Shown here piece by piece: positions 1 through 9,044 of a stretch of DNA of 32,000 nucleotides. The notes beneath the pieces were generated by a model. The model was given only the letters and a program-made list of their open reading frames with translations. It ran no database searches and had not been told where the DNA came from. The stretch's first letter is position 1, and the number at the start of each line of letters is the position of its first letter. A program made the position numbers and the translations under genes. The DNA lies in NCBI RefSeq assembly GCF_000007985.2, contig NC_002939.5:210001-242000 (forward strand). Reading direction: 5' to 3'. Source of the stretch: Geobacter sulfurreducens PCA. Its GTDB lineage: Bacteria > Desulfobacterota > Desulfuromonadia > Geobacterales > Geobacteraceae.

Positions 1-12
1 TGGTCACGGAAG

Positions 13-41
13 GCTTCGGAGGAATCCGGGGCATTTTTTTT
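13..41 (+). terminator. possible intrinsic terminator for a gene upstream of the window
   Basis: Hairpin GCTTCGG / CCGGGGC (7 bp including 2 G-U pairs, 6-nt loop) at 13-32. It is followed by A and a run of 8 T (34-41). Confidence 0.4.
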
Positions 42-104
42 GTCCACCAGCGGAGGATAGGCTGAGCTCTCCAGCGGAGTTTTTTGCCTTATTTTAACTG
101 TTTG

Positions 105-132
105 TTGCGGCACCCCTGCTGAGCGTTATACT
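105..132 (+). promoter_or_regulatory. candidate sigma70-type promoter for the Mo-hydroxylase operon
   Basis: TTGCGG (105-110), 16-nt spacer, TATACT (127-132). A small hairpin TCTCCG/CGGAGA (135-154) lies just before the AAAGGAGG RBS. Confidence 0.3.
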
Positions 133-176
133 TTTCTCCGGATCTCTGCGGAGACTCGGGGAAAAGGAGGCGCGTC

Positions 177-647
177 ATGATTGTTTTTCTGGTGAACGGA
201 AAAGAGCAGCGAGTGGACGTGAGCCCGGACACACCTCTCTTGTGGGTGCTGCGCGATAAGCTGGGGCTTACGGGAACCAAGTACGGATGCGGCGAGGGGC
301 TCTGCGGAGCCTGCACAGTCCACATCGACGGTCGCCCCGAGCGCTCCTGCATCACCCCGGTCGGTGACGTGCAGGGGAAAAAGGTAGTCACCATCGAAGG
401 CATCCCGGAGAACCATCCGGTCAAGAAGTCCTGGCTGGCCCAGGATGTGTCCCAGTGCGGCTATTGCCAGCCGGGCCAGATCATGTCCGCCGTGGCCCTG
501 TTGGCCAGCAAGCCCAGCCCCACCGACGCCGACATCGACAGCGCCATGAGCGGCAATCTCTGCCGCTGCGGAACCTACGGCCGCATCCGCCGTGCAATTC
601 ATGCCGCCGGCGGCAGAAGGGCCCGGAAGGGAGGGAGCCGGTCATGA
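177..647 (+). CDS. (2Fe-2S)-binding small subunit of a molybdenum hydroxylase (aldehyde oxidoreductase / isoquinoline oxidoreductase alpha-like)
   Basis: 156 aa. Plant-type ferredoxin motif [11 protein letters not shown] and second cluster motif CGYCQPG ... CRCGTY. AAAGGAGG RBS about 8 nt upstream. Stop overlaps the next start (ATGA). Confidence 0.93.
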   Translation: MIVFLVNGKEQRVDVSPDTPLLWVLRDKLGLTGTKYGCGEGLCGACTVHIDGRPERSCITPVGDVQGKKVVTIEGIPENHPVKKSWLAQDVSQCGYCQPGQIMSAVALLASKPSPTDADIDSAMSGNLCRCGTYGRIRRAIHAAGGRRARKGGSRS

Positions 648-2815
648 GCAATGACAATGGAGTGAGTCGCCGACAGTTCATGAAGACCAGTGCCCTGGCT
701 GCCGGCGGGCTGCTGCTGGCCTGCCATCTCCCCCTGGGGCGACGAGATGCCGCTGCTGCAACGGCGGAGGCATTCACGCCCAACGCCTTTCTGCATATCG
801 GCACTGACGAACGCGTAACCGTCATTGTCAACAAGTCTGAAATGGGGCAGGGTGTCTACACTTCGCTCCCCATGCTGGTGGCCGAGGAACTTTGCTGCGA
901 CTGGAAGCGGGTGACCTTCAGGCCCTCGCCGGTGGCGCCGGAATACAACCACACCCAGTTCGGGCCGATCATGGTCACCGGCGGCAGCACCAGCGTCCGC
1001 TCCGAGTGGTCCCGGCTTTCTCTTGCCGGCGCGGCGGCGCGCGAGATGCTGATCGCGGCGGCGGCGCAGGAATGGCGAGTGGAGCCGGCTGCCTGCCGGG
1101 CCGAGAAGGGGTTCGTGCTCGGTCCCGGGGGCCGGAAGCTCAGCTTCGGCACCCTGGCCCCCAAGGCAGCCTCCCTGCCCGTACCCAAGGAGCCGAAACT
1201 GAAACCGGGCGCCAAGACCCTTCTCGGGAAGCCGCTCAAACGTCTGGACAGTCCGGCCAAGATCAAGGGTACGGCCGTATTCGGCATCGATGTCCGGGCT
1301 CCCGGCATGCTGACCGCCCTCATAGCCCGGCCGCCGGTCTTTGGCGGCACGGTGAAAGGCTTCGATGCTGCCAAGGCTAAGGCGGTGCCGGGCGTTCTGG
1401 ACGTGGTGGCGGTGGATGCGGGGGTCGCGGTGGTGGCCGACGGCTTCTGGCCGGCACTGAAGGGACGGGAGGCTCTGGCGATTTCCTGGGACGAAGGGGA
1501 CGGGGCGCGGGTCTCGACGGACGCCATGAGAGAGGAGTATGCCCGCCTGGCAGCCACCCCGGGCGCCGTGGCCCGGAAGGACGGCGACGCCCCGGCCGAG
1601 TTGGCGAAAGCCGCCCGGCGGTTCGAGGCTGAGTACGAGGTTCCCTACCTGGCCCATGCCACCATGGAGCCCCTGAACTGTTTCGTGGATTTACAGAGCG
1701 ACAGCTGCCTCATCCGTACCGGCAGCCAGTTTCAGACCGGCGACCGCAATGCCGCGGCCCGGGTGGCCGGACTCAAGCCCGAGCAGGTCACTCTGGAGAC
1801 CACTTTTCTGGGGGGCGGCTTTGGCCGCCGGGCCTGCCCGGCATCTGATTTCGTGATCGAGGCGGTACAGGTGGCCAAGACCGTCGGCAAACCGGTCATG
1901 GTGATCCGCACCCGGGAGGACGACATGCGGGCCGGCTTCTACCGCCCCCTGTGGCGCGACCGCGTGGCAGCCTGTCTGGACGGGAGGGGGTATCCGCTGG
2001 CCTGGCATCACTGCATCGTAGGGCAGTCGATCATGATCGGGACCCCCTTCGAGGCGATGATCAGGAACGGCATTGACGATACGTCTGTGGAGGGGGCCGC
2101 CGACACCCCCTACGCCATCCCCAATCTCCAGGTGGAGCTGCATAGCCCCAGGAATCCCGTGCCGGTGCTCTGGTGGCGGTCGGTGGGACATTCTCACACC
2201 GCCTTTGTGGTAGAGAGCTTCCTGGACGAACTTGCCCACGCGGCCGGCAAGGATCCTTACCAGTACCGCCGTGCCCTGCTGGCGAAGCATCCGCGTCACC
2301 TGAAGGTCCTGGAAACCGCCGCCCGGAAGGCCGGCTGGGGAAAGCCACTGCCCAAAGGCCGTGGGCGGGGCATTGCCGTGCACGAGTCCTTCGGCAGCTT
2401 CATTGCCCAGGTGGCCGAAGTCTCACTGTCCGGCGACGGACGGATCAGGGTCCACCGGGTAGTCTGCGCAGTGGATTGCGGTCGCATCGTCAATCCTGAC
2501 ACCATCGAGGCCCAGATGGAGTCGGGGATCACCTTCGGCCTTTCCGCTGCCCTGCACGGGGCCATAACCCTCAGGAACGGCAGGGTCGAGCAGGGGAACT
2601 TCGACGACTATCCCCTGGTTCGCATGGCGGAGATGCCCACGGTAGAGGTGCACATCGTCCTGAGCGGGGAGGACCCGGGCGGCATCGGGGAACCGGGGGT
2701 GCCGCCGATCGCGCCGGCGGTGGCCAATGCCCTGTTCGCGGCCAGCGGCATCCGGGTAAGATCGCTGCCGCTGACACCGGAAACCGTCAAGCGGGCCGGC
2801 GGCCGGGCCGCCTGA
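644..2815 (+). CDS. molybdopterin-binding large subunit of xanthine dehydrogenase family (IorB-like), Tat-exported
   Basis: The ORF track starts at 455, but the in-frame ATG at 644 gives an N-terminus [26 protein letters not shown], a twin-arginine signal. It overlaps the small-subunit stop. About 723 aa, with typical aldehyde oxidase/xanthine dehydrogenase a/b-hammerhead and MoCo-binding regions. Confidence 0.9.
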   Translation: MSNDNGVSRRQFMKTSALAAGGLLLACHLPLGRRDAAAATAEAFTPNAFLHIGTDERVTVIVNKSEMGQGVYTSLPMLVAEELCCDWKRVTFRPSPVAPEYNHTQFGPIMVTGGSTSVRSEWSRLSLAGAAAREMLIAAAAQEWRVEPAACRAEKGFVLGPGGRKLSFGTLAPKAASLPVPKEPKLKPGAKTLLGKPLKRLDSPAKIKGTAVFGIDVRAPGMLTALIARPPVFGGTVKGFDAAKAKAVPGVLDVVAVDAGVAVVADGFWPALKGREALAISWDEGDGARVSTDAMREEYARLAATPGAVARKDGDAPAELAKAARRFEAEYEVPYLAHATMEPLNCFVDLQSDSCLIRTGSQFQTGDRNAAARVAGLKPEQVTLETTFLGGGFGRRACPASDFVIEAVQVAKTVGKPVMVIRTREDDMRAGFYRPLWRDRVAACLDGRGYPLAWHHCIVGQSIMIGTPFEAMIRNGIDDTSVEGAADTPYAIPNLQVELHSPRNPVPVLWWRSVGHSHTAFVVESFLDELAHAAGKDPYQYRRALLAKHPRHLKVLETAARKAGWGKPLPKGRGRGIAVHESFGSFIAQVAEVSLSGDGRIRVHRVVCAVDCGRIVNPDTIEAQMESGITFGLSAALHGAITLRNGRVEQGNFDDYPLVRMAEMPTVEVHIVLSGEDPGGIGEPGVPPIAPAVANALFAASGIRVRSLPLTPETVKRAGGRAA

Positions 2816-2850
2816 GGGGCTGAACTCATCGAATCGAAAAGGACATATCA

Positions 2851-3618
2851 GTGACCGATCTGGAACTGTACGAGGAAATGGCGCGGCTCGCCCGGCTGGG
2901 CGAGCCTTTTGCGCTGGCAACGGTGGTGGCGAGCTCGGGCTCGTCACCCCGCAAGGCAGGCGCCAAGATGCTCATTCGGGGTGACGGCAGCGCCCTGGGC
3001 ACCGTCGGCGGCGGGCATGTCGAGCAGGACACCCTGGCGGCGGCCCGAGCGTCCCTGGCGGAGGGGGCACCCCGCACCCTGGAGTTCGTTCTGACCGAAG
3101 AGCACGGCTACGCCTGCGGCGGCAGCATGTCGGTCTTTATAGAGCCCCAAGGGCGTCGGCCGCTGCTGGTCATGTTCGGTGCCGGTCACGTGGGGCGGGC
3201 TGTTACGGCCCTTGCCCACGGCTGCGGCTTTCGGGTGATCGTGGTTGACGAGCGCCCCGAATACGCCGTTCCGGCACTACTGCCGGGGGCCGATGAGATC
3301 GTCTGCGTCCCGGTCGGTGCGGCGTTCGCGCGGCTGACGCTGGATCGGGAGAGTTTCGCGGTCATTGCCACGCCGGGACATGTTCATGACTTCGATGCCG
3401 TGCGGGGGTGTCTTGCCACGGAAGTCGGATTCATCGGACTGCTCGGCAGTCGCCGCAAACGGGAGGCACTCATGAAAACCCTGACGGAGGAGGGGTACGA
3501 GGCGGGACGCCAGGCCCGGGTGGTGACGCCGGTGGGCCTCGACATCGGTGCCCAGACCCCGGAGGAGATCGCGGTCAGTATCGTGGGACAGCTGGTGAAG
3601 CTCAGGAGGCAGGCATGA
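2851..3618 (+). CDS. xdhC: XdhC family molybdenum-enzyme maturation factor
   Basis: 255 aa, GTG start. N-terminal XdhC/CoxI motif (GEPFALATVV...GSSPRKAGAKM) and C-terminal Rossmann-like part (VMFGAGHVGRAV). An alternative ATG start at 2878 is possible. Confidence 0.88.
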   Translation: MTDLELYEEMARLARLGEPFALATVVASSGSSPRKAGAKMLIRGDGSALGTVGGGHVEQDTLAAARASLAEGAPRTLEFVLTEEHGYACGGSMSVFIEPQGRRPLLVMFGAGHVGRAVTALAHGCGFRVIVVDERPEYAVPALLPGADEIVCVPVGAAFARLTLDRESFAVIATPGHVHDFDAVRGCLATEVGFIGLLGSRRKREALMKTLTEEGYEAGRQARVVTPVGLDIGAQTPEEIAVSIVGQLVKLRRQA

Positions 3619-4226
3619 GGGGCTCCGTAGCGGCACTGCTGCTTGCTGCCGGCCGCTCCATCCGCATGGGGCGGTGCAAGCAGCTCCTGCCCCTGGGGAA
3701 CACCACGGTGCTGGGGCGCTGCCTCGACACCCTGAGAAGGGGCGGTGTCGGAGAGATTGCGGTGGTCGTCTCGGCTGATGGGGAGCAGGTGGCCCGGGCC
3801 GCAGCCGGCCATGGCGTGCGAGTAGTGGTCAACCCGGACCGCGAAGGGGACATGGCATCGTCGGTCCGGGCGGGACGTGACGCCTTCGGGAGTGCCGTGG
3901 GCGGAGTTATCGTCTCCCTCTGCGACCAGCCCCTGGTGGCGGCGGGGACCGTTGCCCGCCTTCGGGATCGCCACGCAACGGAGCCCGGCCGGATCATCAT
4001 TCCTACCCACGGCGGCCGACGGGGGCATCCGCTTCTCTTCCCCCTGCCTGTGCTGGCCGAACTGGAGGACGGACTGACCCTCCGGGACCTGGTGGTGTGC
4101 GATCCGGCCCGGGTATGCTGCGTGGCGGTGGCTGATCCGGGAATCCTGATCGACATGGACACGCCGGAGGATTACCGCCACGTCTGTCGTCTGATGGCGC
4201 CCCAGGAGGGCCTGTCGCTCCGGTAA
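3615..4226 (+). CDS. mocA: MobA-like NTP transferase, probable molybdenum cofactor cytidylyltransferase
   Basis: The in-frame ATG at 3615 overlaps the xdhC stop (ATGA). N-terminus LLLAAGRSIRMG...KQLLPL is the MobA/MocA nucleotide-binding signature. About 203 aa. Confidence 0.85.
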   Translation: MRGSVAALLLAAGRSIRMGRCKQLLPLGNTTVLGRCLDTLRRGGVGEIAVVVSADGEQVARAAAGHGVRVVVNPDREGDMASSVRAGRDAFGSAVGGVIVSLCDQPLVAAGTVARLRDRHATEPGRIIIPTHGGRRGHPLLFPLPVLAELEDGLTLRDLVVCDPARVCCVAVADPGILIDMDTPEDYRHVCRLMAPQEGLSLR

Positions 4227-4233
4227 AAAAAGC

Positions 4234-4282
4234 TTGCCAATAATAGAGCAATTGCACTAAATAGAGTAAATACTCTAGGAGG
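4234..4282 (+). promoter_or_regulatory. candidate promoter with two tandem 16-bp dyad operators and RBS in front of the radical SAM/TetR/ZupT unit
   Basis: AT-rich 64-nt gap. TTGCCA (4234-4239) followed 18 nt later by TAAATA (4258-4263). Dyad O1 TAGAGCAATTGCACTA (4244-4259, 14/16 palindromic). Dyad O2 TAGAGTAAATACTCTA (4262-4277, 7-bp perfect arms). AGGAGG RBS 4277-4282. Confidence 0.5.
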
Positions 4283-4290
4283 TGCAGGCC

Positions 4291-5649
4291 ATGAAGATTC
4301 TCCTCATCCAGCCCCCAAGTCACTATCCCCTGATGGATCAGGTCTACCTGTTCGAGCCTCTTGCCCTGGAATACCTTGGAGCCGGGGCCAGGCTCGAAGG
4401 CCACGAGGTGTACCTCCTCGACGCGCGGCTGGAGTCGGACATTTCCCGGGTACTCGGCGAGTTCCGCCCCGATGTGGTGGGAGTGACGGCCTTCACGAGC
4501 CAGGTCACCATTGCGCACCGGATTGCGAAGGAGGTCCGCGAACTGCTGCCGGACTCCTTTCTCGTGGTGGGCGGGCACCATGCCACGGTGCGGCCGGCGG
4601 ACTTCAACGAAAGCGCCTTTGATGCCGTAGTGATCGGCGAGGGGGTGGCCGCCCTGCGCGAACTCCTCGCCGCCCGGGAGAGGGGCGCTCCCCTGAAGGA
4701 CATTGCCGGGCTCGGCGTCCCGTCACCGGCAGGGATGCTGTTCACGCCGCCCCGTCCCTACACCCCCCTTGACGAACTTCCCCTTCCGGCACGGGATCTG
4801 ACGGCCCGCTACCGCGCCGGCTATTTCAGTGAGTGGTTCACCCCCCTTGCCTCAATCAGGACTTCTCTCGGATGTACGGCCCGCTGCACCTTTTGCGCCC
4901 TCTGGTCCATCACCGGCGGCGCCTACCTGCGGCGGGACCCGGACCGCGTAGTGGAGGAGCTGAAGGGGATCGCCGAGCCGAATGTCTTTTTCTGCGACGA
5001 CGAGTCCATGTGCGACACGAAGCGGATGGCGCTTCTGGCCGACAGGATCAGGGCCGCCGGCATCAGGAAGAACTACTTTCTCTATGCCCGCGTCGATACC
5101 ATTGTGCGGCATCCGGAACTCTTCCGCGCCTGGGCCGACATCGGACTGAAGCAGGTGTTCGTAGGCATGGAGGATTTCTCGGACGCGCGGCTGGCGGCCA
5201 TGAAGAAAGGTGTCACCACCGATCAGCAGGCGAGGGCGGCAACGATTCTCAGGGATCTCGGGGTGATGATGTACGCCTCGTTCATGGTTGACCCGGACTA
5301 CTCCCGCGACGACTTCCGCGCCCTGGTCGCCTATGTCAGGAAGCTCCGGCTCACCTACGCCACCTTCACGGTCATGACGCCACTGCCGGGAACCGAGCTC
5401 CATGCCGCGCGGGAGGCCGAACTCCTCTCCACCAAACCGGAGTTGTATGACATGCTCCACGCCCTGCTGCCGACCCGGCTGCCGCTCCCCGAGTTTTACG
5501 AGGAAATGGCGGGCCTCTACGGGAAGGCCGTGCCGATTCACCGCTCGCTGCCGACGCTCCTGAAGTTCGGGCTCCACGGCCTGTTGCTGCGCATGCGCCT
5601 GTTCGGAACATTTCTCGCCCGGCTGCGTGCCGCCCATCTTGATTACTGA
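4291..5649 (+). CDS. B12-binding-domain radical SAM protein (class B-like)
   Basis: N-terminus MKILLIQPP, typical of cobalamin-binding-domain rSAM proteins. Canonical CX3CX2C (CTARCTFC, nt 4873-4896). ATG at 4291 preferred over the GTG at 4282 because AGGAGG sits 8 nt upstream. Confidence 0.88.
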   Translation: MKILLIQPPSHYPLMDQVYLFEPLALEYLGAGARLEGHEVYLLDARLESDISRVLGEFRPDVVGVTAFTSQVTIAHRIAKEVRELLPDSFLVVGGHHATVRPADFNESAFDAVVIGEGVAALRELLAARERGAPLKDIAGLGVPSPAGMLFTPPRPYTPLDELPLPARDLTARYRAGYFSEWFTPLASIRTSLGCTARCTFCALWSITGGAYLRRDPDRVVEELKGIAEPNVFFCDDESMCDTKRMALLADRIRAAGIRKNYFLYARVDTIVRHPELFRAWADIGLKQVFVGMEDFSDARLAAMKKGVTTDQQARAATILRDLGVMMYASFMVDPDYSRDDFRALVAYVRKLRLTYATFTVMTPLPGTELHAAREAELLSTKPELYDMLHALLPTRLPLPEFYEEMAGLYGKAVPIHRSLPTLLKFGLHGLLLRMRLFGTFLARLRAAHLDY

Positions 5650-5673
5650 GCGGAACCGACGTATGCTCCTTCC

Positions 5674-6300
5674 ATGACTACCAGGGAACGGATCATCGAG
5701 ACTGCCATCACCCTGTTCAACGAGAAGGGGACCAAGGCGGTCACCACCAATCACATCGCAGCGGCCATGGAGATCAGCCCCGGCAATCTCTATTACCATT
5801 TCCGCAACAAGGAGGAGATCATCCGGGCGATCTTCGATCAGATGGACGCGGTGGGCTTCGAGGATTACGAGCAGATTATCGCCGAGCATCCGGCCGGCTC
5901 CCTGGCGGCCATGGAAGAGACCTTCCTGATGATCCAGCGCTTCAACTGGCGCTACCGCTTCTTCAAGCGGGAACTGACCTCTCTCATCCTCAGCGACCCG
6001 CTTCTGCGCGAAAAGCATCTCAGGGTCCATCAAGCCATGCTCCGGCTCGTCCGTCACTCTATCAAAAGCAGCATCGCCCAGGGAGTGCTCAGGCCCATGG
6101 AGGAGGACGAACTGGGGCTCTTCGCGGAAGAGATCTGGCTGCTGACCCTGTTCTGGCTGAATTACCTCGAGGTCGGCGGAGAAGACGTTACCGAGTCGAC
6201 CCTGCGCCGCGGCAACGAACTGGTGCGACGCACGGTCTGCTGCCGCCTGACGGAAGAGGGGGCGCGCATGCTTGGCCGCTCCGGCCCGGCCGCTCCATGA
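5674..6300 (+). CDS. TetR/AcrR family transcriptional regulator
   Basis: 208 aa. N-terminal [47 protein letters not shown]. Confidence 0.92.
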   Translation: MTTRERIIETAITLFNEKGTKAVTTNHIAAAMEISPGNLYYHFRNKEEIIRAIFDQMDAVGFEDYEQIIAEHPAGSLAAMEETFLMIQRFNWRYRFFKRELTSLILSDPLLREKHLRVHQAMLRLVRHSIKSSIAQGVLRPMEEDELGLFAEEIWLLTLFWLNYLEVGGEDVTESTLRRGNELVRRTVCCRLTEEGARMLGRSGPAAP

Positions 6301-7199
6301 ACCCCGCTCTGGTTGCATTGGGCCTGACCCTGTTTGCCGGTATGGCCACCGGCATCGGCAGTGCCATTGCCTTTTTCGCCAGGCGGACGAACTTCCGGTT
6401 TCTTTCGGTGGCTACCGGCTTTTCGGCCGGCGTCATGGTGTATGTCTCCTTCGTGGAAATTCTGCCCAAGGGGCTCGACTCCCTGGTGCGGTCCTGCGGC
6501 GAGTCCTGGGGGCACTGGCTGAACGCCGCTTCGTTCTTCGGGGGTATGCTCTGCATCGGCCTCATCGATGCCGTGATTCCCGCAGCGAAAAACCCCCACG
6601 AGATCCACGCCGACCATGAGATAGCCCCCCTCCACGACCGCTCCGCCCCCTTGCCCGACTTCGGCTCCCTTGCCGCCGATCCCCGCTGCGCACCGACCGG
6701 CACCCACGATCACCGGCCGCCGCAGCGACACCTGCTGCGGATGGGCCTGTTCACCGCCCTTGCCATTACGATCCACAACTTCCCCGAAGGGATGGCCACA
6801 TTCCTGGCTGCCCTGGAGAGTCCGCGTGTCGGGGCCGCCATTGCCGTGGCCATTGCGCTCCACAACATCCCCGAGGGGGTCAGCGTCTCCGTGCCGATTT
6901 TCTACGCGACCGGCAATCGCCGAAAGGCATTTGCCCTTTCTTTGCTGAGCGGCATGGCCGAGCCCGTCGGTGCCGCCATCGGCTACCTGGCTCTCCTGCT
7001 GTTTTCGGGAGGGGCGTCCGGCGCCATTCCCGACCAAGTGACGGGAGCGCTCTTCGGCGGGGTCGCGGGCATCATGGTCTACATCAGCCTGGATGAACTG
7101 CTGCCGGCCAGTCGGGCTTACGGCAAGGGACACGACAGCCTGCTGGGGCTCGTGGGGGGTATGGCGGTCATGGCGCTGAGCCTGCTGCTGATGAAGTAA
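6297..7199 (+). CDS. zupT: ZIP family zinc transporter ZupT
   Basis: 300 aa polytopic membrane protein. ZupT-like N-terminus and conserved HNFPEG / HNIPEG motifs. His-rich cytoplasmic loop. Start overlaps the TetR stop (ATGA). Confidence 0.9.
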   Translation: MNPALVALGLTLFAGMATGIGSAIAFFARRTNFRFLSVATGFSAGVMVYVSFVEILPKGLDSLVRSCGESWGHWLNAASFFGGMLCIGLIDAVIPAAKNPHEIHADHEIAPLHDRSAPLPDFGSLAADPRCAPTGTHDHRPPQRHLLRMGLFTALAITIHNFPEGMATFLAALESPRVGAAIAVAIALHNIPEGVSVSVPIFYATGNRRKAFALSLLSGMAEPVGAAIGYLALLLFSGGASGAIPDQVTGALFGGVAGIMVYISLDELLPASRAYGKGHDSLLGLVGGMAVMALSLLLMK

Positions 7200-7306
7200 G
7201 GGGGCGGCACAACGGCCAAAGACGCTTCACTGATGCCTCAGCGCACACGTTGTTCCGCCGGTTCCGGCGCGACCGAAAAAAAATTGTGATGTTCCGGGTT
7301 TTTTTC

Positions 7307-7336
7307 TTGTTTTCCTGAAACTGAACCTGCTATTGT
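7307..7336 (+). promoter_or_regulatory. candidate sigma70-type promoter of the cold-shock gene
   Basis: TTGTTT (7307-7312), 18-nt spacer, TATTGT (7331-7336). Preceded by A8/T7 tracts (UP-element-like). Confidence 0.3.
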
Positions 7337-7394
7337 TTGTATGTCCGCGCGATGCGGAACACATCAAAAAAGTAAGTATGGAGAAAGCAAGTAC

Positions 7395-7595
7395 ATGGTA
7401 AACGGAACAGTGAAGTGGTTCAATGACAGCAAGGGCTTTGGTTTTCTTGAGCAGGAGAATGGCGAGGACGTATTCGTGCATTTCTCCGCCATCAACGGCA
7501 ACGGCTTCAAGTCCCTTGCTGAAGGCGATAGGGTAACCTTCGAAGTGACCAAGGGCCCCAAGGGGCTTCAGGCCGCTAACGTGACGCGGATATAG
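7395..7595 (+). CDS. cspA: CspA-family cold-shock protein
   Basis: 66 aa from the internal ATG at 7395 (GGAGA RBS upstream). RNP1/RNP2 motifs KGFGFL and DVFVHFS. Confidence 0.95.
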   Translation: MVNGTVKWFNDSKGFGFLEQENGEDVFVHFSAINGNGFKSLAEGDRVTFEVTKGPKGLQAANVTRI

Positions 7596-7615
7596 ATTGA
7601 CCGCACTGCAGTGAG

Positions 7616-7647
7616 AAAGGCCCCGGAGATATCCGGGGCCTTTTTTT
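7616..7647 (+). terminator. rho-independent terminator after the csp gene
   Basis: GGCCCCGGA-gata-TCCGGGGCC (9-bp GC-rich stem, 4-nt loop) followed by T7. Confidence 0.9.
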
Positions 7648-7697
7648 GTGTCCGATGCGAACGGGCTGATTCCTCCCCATGGTTTACGAAAAAGCGC

Positions 7698-7727
7698 TTG
7701 CCCCCCGCACGAGGCAAATGATATAAA
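7698..7727 (+). promoter_or_regulatory. candidate sigma70-type promoter
   Basis: TTGCCC (7698-7703), 18-nt spacer, TATAAA (7722-7727), about 40 nt before the ATG at 7767. Confidence 0.35.
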
Positions 7728-7766
7728 AAGGACCTTAAATATCCTGTTTGATGGAGGGGGTCATTC

Positions 7767-8567
7767 ATGTCTCGCCTGCCCGGAAAAAGAATCGTTGCGT
7801 TGTTTCTCGTGCTTGGTGCGTTGTTGTGTGCCGGGATACCGGCCTGGGGGGCCGCGCCGCTGGTGATGGTGGATCAGGGCCACGGCCAGTGTTTCGTCAT
7901 TGAGCAGGAAGGGGAGCTGCAGTTGTCCCGCTTCGGCGCCATTTTGGGCGAGGAGGGGCTCCGGGTTGCAGCCAGCCGGGAACGGCTGACCGACGAGTCG
8001 CTCCGGCAGGCGACAGGCCTCGTGATTTCCGGCCCCTTTGCCCCTCTGGCCCCGGCCGAGGTGGATGCGGTGATCCGCTTCATTGAGCGCGGGGGAAGGG
8101 TCGCGCTGATGCTGCACATCGGCCCTCCGGTGGGCGCTCTCATGCAGAGGGTGGGAATTGCCTTTTCCAATGGCGTCCTTCATGAGCAGATCAACCTGGT
8201 GGGAACTGACGATATCAGCTTCCAGGTGCGCGATCTGACGGCACACCCCCTCTTTGCCGGTATTGATCACTTCAGCCTCTACGGCGGCTGGGCCCTCAAC
8301 GGCCAGGCTCCGCTCGCCCGGACGAGCGCCGAAACCTGGGTGGATCTGAATGGCGACCAACAGCTTACCGAGCGCGACGCCATGGATCGCTTCACGGTTG
8401 TGGCGGAGGGGAATGTCGGGGCCGGGCGCATTCTGGTCTTCGGTGATGATGCCATTTTCCAGAACCGGTACCTGGATGAGGCGAACTCGCGTCTTGCGAG
8501 AAATCTCGCCCAATGGCTGGGGGGCGGTAAACTCTCCGGCGGGAAGGTTCGAGGCCGGGACATGTGA
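7767..8567 (+). CDS. secreted hypothetical protein, DUF4350-like (ThuA/GldG-N-like fold suspected)
   Basis: 266 aa. Signal peptide LFLVLGALLCAGIPAWGAAP. GGAGGGGG RBS. The family assignment is from memory of similar proteins and is weak. Confidence 0.7.
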   Translation: MSRLPGKRIVALFLVLGALLCAGIPAWGAAPLVMVDQGHGQCFVIEQEGELQLSRFGAILGEEGLRVAASRERLTDESLRQATGLVISGPFAPLAPAEVDAVIRFIERGGRVALMLHIGPPVGALMQRVGIAFSNGVLHEQINLVGTDDISFQVRDLTAHPLFAGIDHFSLYGGWALNGQAPLARTSAETWVDLNGDQQLTERDAMDRFTVVAEGNVGAGRILVFGDDAIFQNRYLDEANSRLARNLAQWLGGGKLSGGKVRGRDM

Positions 8568-8675
8568 TCTGTACATCTCCCATTCCCTGAGCCCTTCCGG
8601 GTCGGTTGCCTTCATCTGGGGCGTCGGCGCGAAAAAGGACGGCATCTGTCGTGGCTCGACGAGGTTGCGGCCGCC

Positions 8676-8686
8676 GGGGGGGGGGG
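8676..8686. repeat. G11 homopolymer in noncoding DNA
   Basis: Eleven consecutive G read directly in the sequence, flanked by direct GCGGCC repeats. Confidence 0.95.
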
Positions 8687-8776
8687 TTCCGCGGCCAAGC
8701 AGGGTGGACGGAGCCGGGTCACGGCCATGACTCTGGTCTGCCTGACCACGAAGCGGAAAAATGCAAGGCGTACGAG

Positions 8777-8810
8777 CAAGGCGGCCACTGTGCCGCCTTG
8801 TTTCGTTTTT
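8777..8810 (+). terminator. rho-independent terminator about 210 nt downstream of the nearest upstream stop codon
   Basis: CAAGGCGGC-cactgt-GCCGCCTTG (9-bp stem, 6-nt loop) followed by TTTCGTTTTT. Confidence 0.85.
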
Positions 8811-8950
8811 GGAGCGGTGTCGGGCCTGCTGCTCGAGTGCTGGTTAGACCTTTTGACCGCATATGTGTCGATGTTGCAGATCATGACGCTTGCGTGTCTT
8901 ACCATCTACAAAATTCCATGACTCTGCCGGGGTTACAGCAGAGTATCACG

Positions 8951-8980
8951 TTGACGCCGGCCAGCCAGCGGTGCTATTGT
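8951..8980 (+). promoter_or_regulatory. candidate sigma70-type promoter of the ABC transporter operon
   Basis: TTGACG (8951-8956), 18-nt spacer, TATTGT (8975-8980). Confidence 0.4.
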
Positions 8981-9044
8981 GTGCAGATTCTGTCTTAGCC
9001 CTTGATCGGCCGATGGAAATCAACCAGAGCTCAGGAGGTGTCCG

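Noticed and set aside
60-176. Possible Moco riboswitch upstream of the Mo-hydroxylase operon.
   Set aside because: Only a 6-bp hairpin (135-154) next to the RBS is present. The multi-stem Moco motif architecture and its conserved loops are not recognisable.
8652-8668. Sigma54-like TGGCTC ... TTGC element.
   Set aside because: The spacer between the GG and GC elements is 2 nt too long (TGGCTC-N7-TTGC versus TGGCAC-N5-TTGC), and sigma54 is intolerant of spacing changes. Other GG/GC look-alikes at about 107-121, 16123-16138 and 22778-22792 also fail on spacing or on the -12 GC.
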